From the NCBI GenBank assembly GCA_951406725.2, contig OX597821.1, positions 54,746,001 to 54,810,000 on the forward strand: a stretch of 64,000 nt of DNA. The letters run 5' to 3'. A model generated the notes under the pieces. The model saw nothing but the letters and a program-made list of their open reading frames with translations. It searched no databases and was not told where the DNA came from. The position numbers were made by a program, and so were the translations under genes. The first letter of the stretch is position 1. The number at the start of each line of letters is the position of its first letter. The DNA comes from Octopus vulgaris. Lineage: Eukaryota. Below are positions 52,575-64,000 of the stretch, in pieces.

Positions 52575-53170
52575 TACTACGTATGCATGCATGTATGTAT
52601 GTATAAACTTAGCTCATTCAGCACTTGTCAGTTTTTCTTCTCTTTAGAACTTGTCTGAAAACATTTAAATAATGGAAAATATCAGATAGGATAGATTTGG
52701 GGGTAACTGTAGGATTTACCTGTCAATTGGTTGTTCACTAAACTATAAATTACTAAGGTGTGAAAAGAATGTTGAGTGGAGAGCAGAAAGGGAGGAAGTA
52801 TTATGGATAGACCTAGATTGTTTTGTATCAAGTTAGAGATAAATGAGACAGTATTTTGGGGGATAAAAAAGAAAAGAGAGAGAGAGATCTGTCAATGTCA
52901 TAGAATTAGGGCAGTTATCAATAAACTAGAGAAGAAAGGAAAGTGGATGAAGAGGGTGGATGGATGGAAGGTAGGTAAAGTAAATATATAAGATAAATAC
53001 ATGGAAGTAATAAAATAAGGAAAAAAACGGTGAAAGAACAGTTCCAAATTTAGCAGTTTTCATGATGATGATGATAATCATCATCATCATCGTTTTTATC
53101 ATCATCATCCTCGTTGTTGTCATTGTCATCATCGTCGTCGTCATCGTAGTAGTAATAGAAATAATAATAA

Positions 53171-53385
53171 TCCTTTATACTATAGGCACAAGGCCTGAAA
53201 TTTGATGGGAGGGGGCCAGTTGATTAGATCGAGCCCAGTCCGCAACTGGTACTTAATTTATTGGCCTGAAAAGGGCCAATAAAGGGCAAAGTCAACCTAG
53301 TTGGAATTTGAACTCAGATCATAGCAGCAGACAAAATACCACTAAGCATTTCGCCTAGTGTTCTAACGATTCTGCCAGCTTGCCA
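53171..53385 (-). mobile_element. SINE family C with (ATT)n tail
   Basis: Same structure as 45638 and 18660. Confidence 0.85.
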
Positions 53386-56300
53386 CTATTTCTGTTTTTC
53401 TTTTTGTTGAGTATGTCAAGTTTAATAAAGGCAACATGACTTGTAGAAAATACCAGTTCTATTTTTTGGCAGATATTTTACATCATTACTGGAATAACTA
53501 TGAAATTTAAAATCTCGGTTATCAAAAAATTTATATTAGCGACAGAGGCAGCATTAACAGTGAGAAGTAATATTTATCCCCACTTAAAAGCAGATGTTCT
53601 ATTAGAACAAGCTATACTGTGGTAGATAATATGAGAGAAACTCTCACATTGGCTTTTGGTGCAAAATACTCTCTTGTTTATATTGCTTACAGTGGGATAA
53701 ATCCCGACCATTTTCAATGCTGATGCTACCAGATCACAAGGTTTTGATCTTCCTTGGTCTCATCAATGAAAGATGCTCAACTGCTAGATACAATAGTGAC
53801 TTATCTCCCCATCAGTGATATACAGTAAAACAGTGTCAGAACAGGTGCTGGTATTGCTATTAGCCAGTGAGCTAGAGTGTGTTTTGCATCAAAAGCCTAC
53901 ATGAGTGTTTCTCTTATGGTATCAACTGCAATATAGTTTGTTCTAACAGAACATCTATGTTCATTCATGTTCATTTGTATATCAGTATGTTCTGCAATGA
54001 AAATCAAATATTTTAACCAAGTGATTTATTTACAAATGAGGTTAAATATAAAATGGTTTCCCCACTACCAACATCAACATATGAAACCCTCACACATCTT
54101 CCTGTCGTCCAAAACACTAGAGAGCTTGTACCTGCACACACTCACCTCATCCCTCTAACTCAGTCTAACAGATTCCAAGATTTCAGTATATGACAAAGGT
54201 AAAACAAAATTGTCACAAGAAACTTTTGTTAAAGAGAAAGGCAAGACTGCAAAAGGCTGTCCTATACTGAAAGACAGATTTGACAACGATGAAGAAAGTA
54301 TGTCAAGGACCACAACATCAGGATGACAACAGAAACAAGAAAATTAATTAAACACACAAGCTACCTTCTCCCAATCTCCTTAGCTATATTCTAATTCTAT
54401 CAATTGTTTAACAAGGATTTCCTGGATTTCCTGCCAGAGTGGACATGGAGTAATCATCCAGACTACCTAGGTAGGATTTTTGTTATGTCAATGGATGCAA
54501 AAAGTATAGGGTGCTCCCAGTTTTAACTTGTCAGCTAGACAAGCCATAACTTTTGATTTGCATAGTCCATTAGACAAAATGTTGAGAAATGACCCAGTTA
54601 CTAAAAGATGAACACATCTTTCTCAGCATGCAGCAACTACAGCAGCCAAATTAGCTAATTAGCTAAGCAGTAGTTGAAGGAGATGACCATCAACATATGG
54701 GAGAAAAACCTCTAAAGCAGATAACATTGATAATTTCTGTTCTATAACTATGCTGAATGGAAAGTTTAAAACTTTTGCAACAAAAGAGATTAGTGCTTGT
54801 TGTTAGTAGTTTGGTTAGAAAAGTACAGATCTGCCTGATTCCAAACTTTTCTTTTCACAACTACCTTCAGCTCACTTGATGTATCTAAGAGATGGAGTTG
54901 TGTTTAATATTACATTTTCTCTATGGAGATTTGTAAATAATGGCATCTGCAACAACAGAAATGTATGCACCCCCAACACTCAGAAAATGTAAGGTATTGA
55001 AAAAAGCAAACATCTGCAACAAAATATATTAAAAGATTCAGTTGCAAAACACCCATAGAAAAATACTGACATTTAAAAATGGCAATTATTAGTGATAAAG
55101 GTTGCATGTGCACGCATGCACGCACACCACACACACACACACACACATCTTCACTGAGTGAAGATGCTGTCAAGTCAAAAATATTTTATTTGTCTTTGTT
55201 TTCAAGCATCACTAGAATCACACAAAAGTTGAAGATTGTGATTATACAGAAATAAGGATAGCATGGCAAGGTTGTGTAACCATACTATTCTTCACCATGT
55301 TAATGAATGAGAAAAATAAAATTGCCTTATATCTGCATTGCCAGAGACATTATGCATTCCTTGTATCAACGAAACAGCAGTTATATAAACAGCCAGTGTA
55401 CTGAAGAATATTATCTCAATTGGTTAAGATGAAAAAATATGGTTTTCTATGTTTTCTAGGATTAGGATGAAACAAACAAACAGGTCGAGAAGGTTTGGTA
55501 CACAACTGCCATGCACTTGTGCCATAATATTTTGGACAGTAAAATAGAAGGACCAAGGCATTTTGGCTTGTCATCTATTGGGAAGGTAGTGAGTACTTAG
55601 GGCATGAATAATGACATGTGGTTGGGTAGGAGTCTCAATGAATATATGAGTCTTTATGACTTGAAGGCCACAGAATCATTCTAGAATTCTTCCCAGTTAG
55701 TTTGTAAAGGAAGGGCAATGAGGAATGTAGTGTAGTGTAGAAAACTGAGTTGCTATGAGTTGATAGTTCTGGACTAATTTTCCTAGTTTGAGGTACACTA
55801 ATGCCTTCTGCAGATGGTAGATTTCCTCCATCCATGTCTAAGCTCTGGAGATACTCCAGTCCTCTGGGTATTTCTTCTGGAACAGTAGCCCCTGCAGTTC
55901 CTTTCACTCTTCCATTTTAATCCCTTCCAGTTACATCTTTTCTAACCACTTTTTGATCATAATTTGTCTAACCTGATCAGTTTACTCACATTCTTCAGCT
56001 CCTCATATTGTTAATATTTTTTCCAGAGCTCTAGTAACTTGTTCCTATAGCCGCTTTTCTAATACTCCCTCTCAATATAACATTCAAACAACAATTTGTC
56101 ATTCCCTTTTGTCCATTTTTATCTCCTTCATTGTTGTGGGTCAGTAGTAGCTTGATTACAACTGGGCCTGTGCTGCTGTTTCACTGAACTCATGCCAGAT
56201 GTGACACCTTTGATGAAAGCTCTAGCCTTGTGGATGTCATTGAAATTACTTTCCATTATTGACATTTCTCTCATAACTGAGGCATGGGTTTTAAGGTTAT

Positions 56301-56842
56301 CACCAACCAGTAATTATGTTACCATCACTCGGCAGGTTGTCAACCAAGACTTTTGAGAGGCCTATCTACCCTCATTGAGGCTGATTATCCTGTGCTAGTT
56401 ACTACCATTAATATTTATTTTCACAGTAAATAAAGACACATAGTTGGATGGCCATTGACTCTAGTGGGTTCATCCACCCTTTAATAGGTTTTGTTTTGCA
56501 TTCTGCAAAAGCCACCTCCTTACCAGGTAAGCACTTGGTAGGGTTGCTTAGTCACTCACTGATAGCTCAACCCTAAAACAGGTTGCATTGAACTACATAT
56601 TACCAGTAGCACTAAATGTGACTTGATATTTTTTATCATCATTATTGCTTATTTTTTTTTTATTATGCTTTTACTACACTACTGAGCTCAGCTCTGAGTG
56701 TCTTGGGTAAGCGCAGTGTTTTGTTTTTGTTTTGTAACTTTTTGTATGTTATAAATATTTATAAGTTCTGAGGTTTCACTTATGCATTTGTCTGCATGTT
56801 TTCAAATATTTTCAAAGTACCTATTATTACTATCATTATAAA

Positions 56843-57258
56843 GTGGTGAACTGACAGAATCATTAGTGCACCAGGCAAAATGCTAAGGTGAGATTTTGTC
56901 TGTCAATATGTTCTGAGTTCAAATTCTATCGAGGTCAACTTTGCCTTTCATCTTTGTGGGGTCAATAAATTAAGTACCAGTGAAACACAGGTTGATGTAA
57001 TTGGCTAGTCTTTAGGCTTTGAGTTCAAATTCTGCCTTGGTGAAGTTTGTCTTTCATCCTTTCAGTGTGAATAAAATTTGAACCAGTTGAACACTGGGAT
57101 TGATGTAATCAACTATCCCTCACACAAAACTTCACGCCTTGTACAAAAAGGTGAAACCATTATTATTATTAATAATGTACAGAGGTGACCAGGTGTCCCA
57201 GCTAGCTCTGTACCAAAATTTGAAACCATTATTATCATTATTATTATTATTATTATTA
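56843..57258 (+). mobile_element. SINE family C copies with internal duplication and (TTA)n tails
   Basis: gtggtgaactgacagaatcattag...gagttcaaattct occurs twice. Tails gaaaccattattatt at ~57155 and ~57225. Confidence 0.75.
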
Positions 57259-59243
57259 CTTTTTTTTTTCTTCTTTCAAATTTGCTTCCATTTCTTGCCG
57301 AGTGTCTTCCCGACTCCTAGGGCAAAGAAACTCATAGTATACAATGGTAGGCCATTAAACCAAACTCAGTAGTTCGTTCATTTTTTTTTTTTTTTTTAAG
57401 TTAAATTAAAATACATGAGCAGCAACAGTTCTCACATCGACAATGCTCTTCTCAATACGTGTGATGTACCAGTTAAGACAATCTTTTGCACTTCTTGCAG
57501 GGATGGTAAGCCAGGGATCATTCTCATATAATTTTCGGTTCCCTTCTTGATCATTCCTAGTGCTCCTACGATCACTGGTATTGTAACCATCTTGAGATGC
57601 CACATTTTCTCAATTTCAATAAGTAGGTCTTTATATTTTCTGAGCTTGTCCAACTCTTTCGCTGAGATATTATGATCACAGGGGATGCTCATGTCGATCA
57701 ATAAGCAAACTTTATTGTTTTGGTCTTTCACAACAATATCTGGTTTATTGGCCTTGATGGTTCGGTCTGTATGTACTGGAAAGTCCCACAGAATGGTTAC
57801 ATTTTCTCCTTCAGTTACAGCCTCAGGGTGGTGATTATACCACTTGTCGGCAGTTTTGATATTGTAATGCCGACTTATTAGCCAGTGGAGATATTGGCCA
57901 ACTCTGTCATGTCTTAATTTATACTCCACTGGTGCTAAGACTTTACATCCAGAGATTAGGTGGTCCACTGTTTCAATCATGTCGTTGCAGAATCGGCATT
58001 TTGGGTCTGCTCCATTTTTCATCACATTGGCCTGGTAGTTCCGGGTTAATAGGCTTATGATCTTGAGCAGCCAGGATGAAACCTTCGCTCTCTGCTTTTA
58101 GCCCTGAGCTCCGTAGCCACTGATGGGTTTGCTTCTGGTCAACATCAGCTTGTTTGCTGCGGGTCACATATTTGCCGTGCAGAGGTTTCTCCTCCCACCT
58201 ATCAGCCAATTGCTCGTGCGCTTTTTTCATTGCCATCATAGTTGCCGTACTTCCCTCGGGTTGTTCAGTTTGGGTATCCTGCACGAGATCAATAGCAATT
58301 TTTTTGCTTTCCTTTATGATAGAATGAAGCTTCTTTCGTCTCTCGTGATTTTCCATGAGCTTTAGCATCCAGTCATTCGATATTTCGAGATATTTGGCCA
58401 GTCCAATTGTGGTTGTTTTGTAAGCTAGTTCAAATTGGATCAGGCCTCGACCTCCTTGGGCTCTGGGAAGGTAAAGGCGATCTACGTCTGCCTTTGGGTG
58501 GTGCATCCTATTACAACTCAGCAGCTTGCGTATTTTTCTATCTATATTCTTTACTTCACTCATATTCCAGTTCAACACATTGTAGCTATAAGTAACAACT
58601 GGAACTGCTAAGGAATTTATAGCTAACACCTTGTTACGTGCATTTAGTTCAGATTTCAGGACTGCACGAACTCTCCTATAACATTCCTTCCTGATTTTCT
58701 CTTTCATGCTTGCATGCTGAATACCAGAGCCTTCATTTATCCCTAAATATTTGTATGTTTGTTCTTGCTCAAGCTCTCTTATGACTGTGTCAACATCTAA
58801 CACGACTGAATTTGTGGTCTTCACTTTCCCTTTCTGGAAAGTGGCCTTGGCACACTTCTCAAGTCCAAACTCCATCCCGATGTCATCGCTGAATGCTTTC
58901 ACGGTGCGCAATAGGCCTTCAAGTTCATTATTGTCTTTACCATAAAGTTTTAAGTCATCCATATAAAATAGGTGGCTTATTTTTTTATTGGCAATTTTAT
59001 ACCCATACCCTGTTCTGTTTAATTCACTTGTAAGGGGTATTAGGGCTATGCAGAATATTAAAGGTGAAAGTGAGTCACCTTGAAAAATTCCACAGTTGAT
59101 GTTTATATTTTCTGAGGCAAGTACTCCATTAGAGTGGTATAATTGGAGATTCGCATTCCACAACGACATATTGTGCTTCAGGAAGTTTGAAATCACAGGG
59201 GAAATTTTGAAGATGTCCAGCAATCTCAAGATCCATGGATGCG
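57259..59243 (-). mobile_element. 5'-truncated R4/Dong-clade non-LTR retrotransposon (RT plus restriction-like endonuclease) in a (TAA)n microsatellite
   Basis: RT motifs GIFQGDSLSP, HLFYMDD, YKYLG; CCHC CRFC..ETVDHLISGC; RHD; endonuclease KPDIVV..LLIDMSIP..K..KY..PVIVGALG. 3'UTR ends in an A-tract plus (TAA)n, and the 5' junction abuts (TAA)n at 59244. Confidence 0.93.
57432..59243 (-). pseudogene. RT/RLE ORF, 5'-truncated within RT, with one +1 frameshift
   Basis: Removing the extra base at 58057 restores AAQDQSLLTRNYQANVMKNG and joins the 418-aa and 197-aa ORFs. The ORF begins at HPWILRLL. Confidence 0.9.
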
Positions 59244-59296
<53 letters not shown>

Positions 59297-59355
59297 CATT
59301 GTTACTATTATTATTATTATTATTATTATTACTATTATTATTATCATTATTATTA

Positions 59356-59413
<58 letters not shown>

Positions 59414-59452
59414 CATTGTAATTATTATTATTATTGCTATTATTATTATTAC

Positions 59453-59491
<39 letters not shown>

Positions 59492-59513
59492 TATTATTAT
59501 TATTATTATTATT
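59244..59513. repeat. ~270-bp imperfect (TAA)n microsatellite
   Basis: Direct reading. Confidence 0.97.
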
Positions 59514-60002
59514 ACATGATGTAGCAGCTGGTACCATACATTCATATGAGATTTCCTCTCAGGGTAAATAATGCAGTATTCAATGTTCTAATGCAATATT
59601 CATATTAAGCTGGATATAAAGAATATCTTTTTTATTTATTATTTGGTGGCCACTGCTGAATTTATAAGAAGTCCACTTCACAATCATAGAGTCCCTGGTT
59701 TCATCCCACGGCCTCAGGTTAACTTAAGTATTGTGAGCAAAATTGTAGACTGTTATTCGGACTGTACCAGTAATTCAAATGTTCAGCTTTGTTACATACT
59801 GTGTCACTTAACAATCAGTTTGAGAATTAAGGGTATAAGGGAATGGAAAATGCTCAGCCACAGTTTTGTTAATATAATGAAAAATCCAACTGGTTGAATA
59901 GCTGAATGTTCATCCTAGAAGTGAATGTCGGATTCGAAATTCAAAGTTTATTATGTATTAAAGTTGACTATCTTACAACAATAAAGTATTCGTGAAGAAG
60001 GC

Positions 60003-60359
60003 ATTTCAATGAAGAAAGCATTCTTTCAACGTCAGTAACATGCTCAAGTGTTCAGTTCTTGCTATACATAAGCTGGGCTTCCTTTCACTGGAATAATTCC
60101 AGAAATAGAATTTGTTCTTACAGCATCATCTCAATATGATTCCTCATTTTCATTGAATATATTAATATAATGCAAAAAGATAAATTTTTCAGCTGTGCTG
60201 AGTTGTTACTATGTGGATAAATTCTATCAGTTGAATTATAAAGGCAAGAGGAAGCCCAGCAGATCTACTGCCATTATGAAGCACGTACAGATGTTTGGCT
60301 CTATACGTCCTCAACGACAATGCAACTGATTTTGAAAATCAAGTTTTCTTCATTGAAAT
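60003..60359. repeat. Degenerate long inverted repeat (old MITE or foldback)
   Basis: Nested complementary blocks 60003-17/60345-59, 60072-83/60249-60 and 60105-13/60219-27. Confidence 0.7.
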
Positions 60360-61945
60360 ATCATCTTTAAAATATATTGCTTATACAAGGCTTTATATAA
60401 GGCACTACACAGCTGCTAATTCAATAAATCTCTGTGTGTTTGCATACAACAAATATCTGTGTTATTACATAAATATGTATGTTTACACACATGCATATGA
60501 TATAATATTATATACACAAATATGTGTATATGTAGGTTTGTGTATGTGCGTGCATGCTTATATATAAATGTGCATGATGGCTACATTGGGCAAACATGCA
60601 TCTGCCTGTTTGTGTGTATGTTAACATACAAAGTTATGAAGCTATATCTTGATATACAGTCTAGGTATATAGTTTTAAATATATATCTGCAGGCGCACAC
60701 ACCTTCTAACACAACACACACACGTGCATACACACACACAAATTCACACATATACACACACACACATTTATGTATATTGTAATGTGTAAAAGTACACGTC
60801 TGTCGGTGAATTAAACATTTTGATGCTTCTCAAACATGTTTTAAAGCTGGAACAATAGAAAAATATCATATTTTCTCTTAGCTGCAAAATAAAACCAAAC
60901 AAAAAAATGTTAGTAAAAAAGGTTTTTCTATTTTTTTTTTCTCTGCAGCCTTTAACCACCTTTTGACTTGTTTTTACTTTATTTTGGCTGAAAACGATTT
61001 TTATATTCAAAACATACACACTCACTAATGTATTGATGCACACACACACACACACGTGATAATTGTCATGCTGCTCAAATACTGTGAGGTTATATTGTTG
61101 AATGTTTTAAGTGAATTATATTCTGGTTGCGAGATTTTTTTAATTTCAATGTTTACAGTTGTTTGTGCTTCAATAAATATACATATATCATCATCGTCAA
61201 CATTTTCACTGCCACTTCCATCACTGGCTTCTTCATCATTATCAGTAGTAGCAGCATCATCTTCATCATTATCATCACTGTACATCACCTTTCTTATTGT
61301 AGCAAGGGTTGACAGGATCATCACAGTTGTCATAATCTCACAGAAAATAGTAATTGAGGAAATGGACCAATATAAATTTTTGCATATGCCATATGCCATA
61401 TGATATATATATATATATATGTATGTATATTATGCCATTGGCTTTAGAGAGGTTACTACAGAGGCCCGTTTATTTTCTATCGCTCTTGTTTGGAATCAGT
61501 GCACACTAATAGAGGTAGCTTGCAATAGAGCTCATAGGCACTACATCACATTCACATATTTTATTTCTGCATGGTTTGTGAAAGAAATGGCATCCAGCCA
61601 TATGGTCAGATGCCCTTCCTATCACAAACTACTTTATAAAGTGTACTCAGTGTTTTCCCCTCAGTTTCCAAAGCTAGAAATATTCTCCTATACAAGGAGA
61701 ACTGAAGAATCCCCTTCACATTTGAGCAGTTTTTACTCAGGTTACTGACTTCATAGACAGGAAGCCTTTGATGTTAGGAACAAAGTTTGCACCTCAGATC
61801 ATTTGTTCCATGTATATAGAGAATGAGAACAATATTAGTAACTGAATGGTAAAGATTTGGGAGCAGGTGATTTGATGAAGTTTAACATAATGGGCAACCT
61901 TATTATATGTATGTATCTTTATACTGATATATATATACATATATA

Positions 61946-62199
61946 AAACAACAGATGGATGATGTGTCAATTCCCTACAGCTGTTTCTAACAAATTTTTA
62001 ATTGATTAATGGAAACATTACATCATTAGAAACCATGGCAAGTGTCATAGAATCATGAAGATGTACATCCTGTTGGCTTTTGAATAGTTTTGAATACTGT
62101 GGTGCATGTATTCTCCCAATGATGTATTGTCCCCATTAATCAATTAAAAATTCATTAGAAACAGCTGTAGTGAACTGACACATTATCCATCTGTTGTTT
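61946..62199. mobile_element. Foldback element (82-bp arms, 90-bp spacer) after (TA)n
   Basis: 61946-62027 is approximately the reverse complement of 62118-62199. The arms contain GAAACAGCTGTA. Confidence 0.85.
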
Positions 62200-62827
62200 C
62201 TCATTTATTTAGTATTCACTCCTCTCAGAATTTGCTCCTAGTGTAGATCCAAAGTATATTATGGACCATATATTTACTACAATATGCATTTCTTGATTAG
62301 TCTCAGGCTTCATGATATACTCAGTCACATACAATTAATCATACACATAAGCTGAATATCTTTTTGCTGGTACTTTGGGACTCGCATATGTATTCCTCTA
62401 TTTTTGTTGTGTATACATTTTACTTTTTGACCCAACCCAGTGCCTTACCATTTAAGTGCCTTGTTCACTTGAATCTTTTACAGTGTGATGTTTCTTTTGT
62501 AGCTCAGTATATTTTGTATATATATATATATATATATATACATACATATATATGTATGTATGTATGTATATGCTGAACTACAATAGAAATGTCACACTAT
62601 AAAAGATTATTTGTTTTACACATGATGTTGAGATTACATGGATTTTATCACATTTCTGGGTAATTTGACATCAGGGAGAGGTAACTGACCCATAACACCA
62701 CTCTCTTTTGAAAACACAAGGATTGCATGTAGGATTCGAACTCACTCACTTTTCATGAACATAGTAATGCTCACGAATGCATTTTTATGAAAAGTATGAT
62801 GCACATGCAAAATGTTGACTGATTGGG

Positions 62828-62862
62828 TATAAACGGCAACCGAATTTACCAGCCTGTCATTC
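62828..62862 (+). promoter_or_regulatory. Candidate Pol II core promoter (TATA plus Inr)
   Basis: TATAAA at 62828 and TCATTC at 62857, placing A+1 (62859) 31 nt after the first T, upstream of the gag-like ORF. Confidence 0.4.
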
Positions 62863-63097
62863 ATTCCCCTTACTTGGATTTTGAGTTGCTTGCATTTTTG
62901 GATTACCAGTTTAGATTACTTGTTTGGATTACCTGTTTTTAGAATATTATTGTTGAATTTTTGTCATTACCAAAATTTTGTTCTGTGTTCAGCAGACTTT
63001 TTGAACATATTCCCTTCTTTGAGGAGGGGAATTACTTATTTTTGTGTGGGAGTTTTCCCAGATTATGAATTGTATGTTGGATACAACTTGTGAGAAA

Positions 63098-64000
63098 ATG
63101 CCATCTGGTGAAAAAGAAAGTCCATTGAACATGCCATTAGGCAAAGAGTTCCTTGAAGAAAACACTCAAACCAGCCAAACTTTGCTACAGCAGCCGGTAT
63201 TAAAAGACAAGCTTCAAAATAGAAAATTTGAACCAGCATATGAAAATTTCGAGAGGGAGGGACAAGATTTAAAAGCTCTCCTCCCCTCCAAGTTAATTGA
63301 AAAATCTAATAAGAGAATTATTGTGTTCGAAAGTTTTATCTTAAAGGAGAAGAAATTAGAAAAAGCTTTGAGAGGAGTAGAAAAATGTTTGCAAACTATA
63401 TTGTCAAATATTTCCTTTATAACAGGAGGAAAAAAATTTGCCTCCATAGTAGTACATTTTAATAATGAAGAAAAGGCAAAACAACATTCCATTAAGTCTT
63501 TAAAAACTGCAGAGATAGTGTTTCTACCTACGTATTTAGATAGATGCACATCAAAAATCTTGGTGGAAGACATCCCACCGGAGATAGATGTAACTTGGAT
63601 TTGTGCAGTGCTAACAATAGGCCTGGAAGAGAAAATGGAAGGCCAGAGATTAGAGATAATCATTCAAGTGGCCCCTCAGATGCTTGAAGAGATAGCTGAA
63701 AATATAATTATCAGCGAAGAAATTATTCTGCAAGTAATGGTCAAGGGTAGAAGGCTGGGGTGTTTCGAATGTGGTGAGAAGGGCCACATTCGAGCGAAAT
63801 GCTCTACCTAAAAGGTGGAAACAACAAAAATAAAACAGCCGAGACTAATGAGCAGCCTATCCAGGTGGAGTGTACACAGAAAGGAAATTCAACCGAAGAC
63901 ATGGAAAACAAAGCAGGATGGGTAACCATATCACATAAAAAAAAGAAAGTCCCCAAGAAGAAAAATACTAACCGGATCCCCACCTCCCCCAGTACAAGCA
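63098..64000 (+). pseudogene. Gag-like/ORF1 retroelement protein with CCHC zinc knuckle (L1/Tx1-like), disrupted and running off the window
   Basis: ORF from ATG 63098 to TAA 63811 ends at CFECGEKGHIRAKC (CX2CX4HX4C). A shifted frame continues ...AGWVTISHKKKKVPKKK. Confidence 0.7.

Noticed and set aside
53800-56700. Possible old RTE/LINE endonuclease and UTR relics
   Set aside because: Only isolated motif-like words (such as GAGIAIS); too decayed to delimit or classify by eye.

Overview
AT-rich, microsatellite-dense eukaryotic non-coding DNA (intronic or intergenic). The SINE repertoire looks like that of an octopus (coleoid cephalopod); this comes from my recognition of the repeats and was not checked against a database. 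No intact host protein-coding gene is evident, and most of the ORF track is microsatellite noise. The window is a mosaic of transposable elements: four tRNA-derived or LINE-tailed SINE families (about 40 copies), several mariner relics, a pogo relic, a complete but decayed Buster-type hAT with TIRs and TSD carrying an RTE fragment, a Tip100-like hAT relic, a Helitron fragment, a GG-terminal MITE with an 8-bp TSD, a 5'-truncated R4/Dong-type restriction-like-endonuclease LINE inserted in (TAA)n, and a gag-like zinc-knuckle ORF at the right edge. Two observations stand out. (1) Several small non-coding elements, some of them foldbacks and some TA-flanked, carry minimal type-I hammerhead ribozyme folds with palindromic stem III (Penelope/retrozyme-like). 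Some have variant cores: a G3-C8 swap, A6U, and an extra purine after A9. (2) A non-coding retroposon of about 556 bp always sits in or next to (TAA)n tracts and may be a non-autonomous partner of the Dong/R4 LINE. There is weak evidence for short minus-strand host exons (about 7.5, 11.4 and 28.1 kb). All alignments were done by eye, so boundaries are approximate unless junction sequences are quoted.
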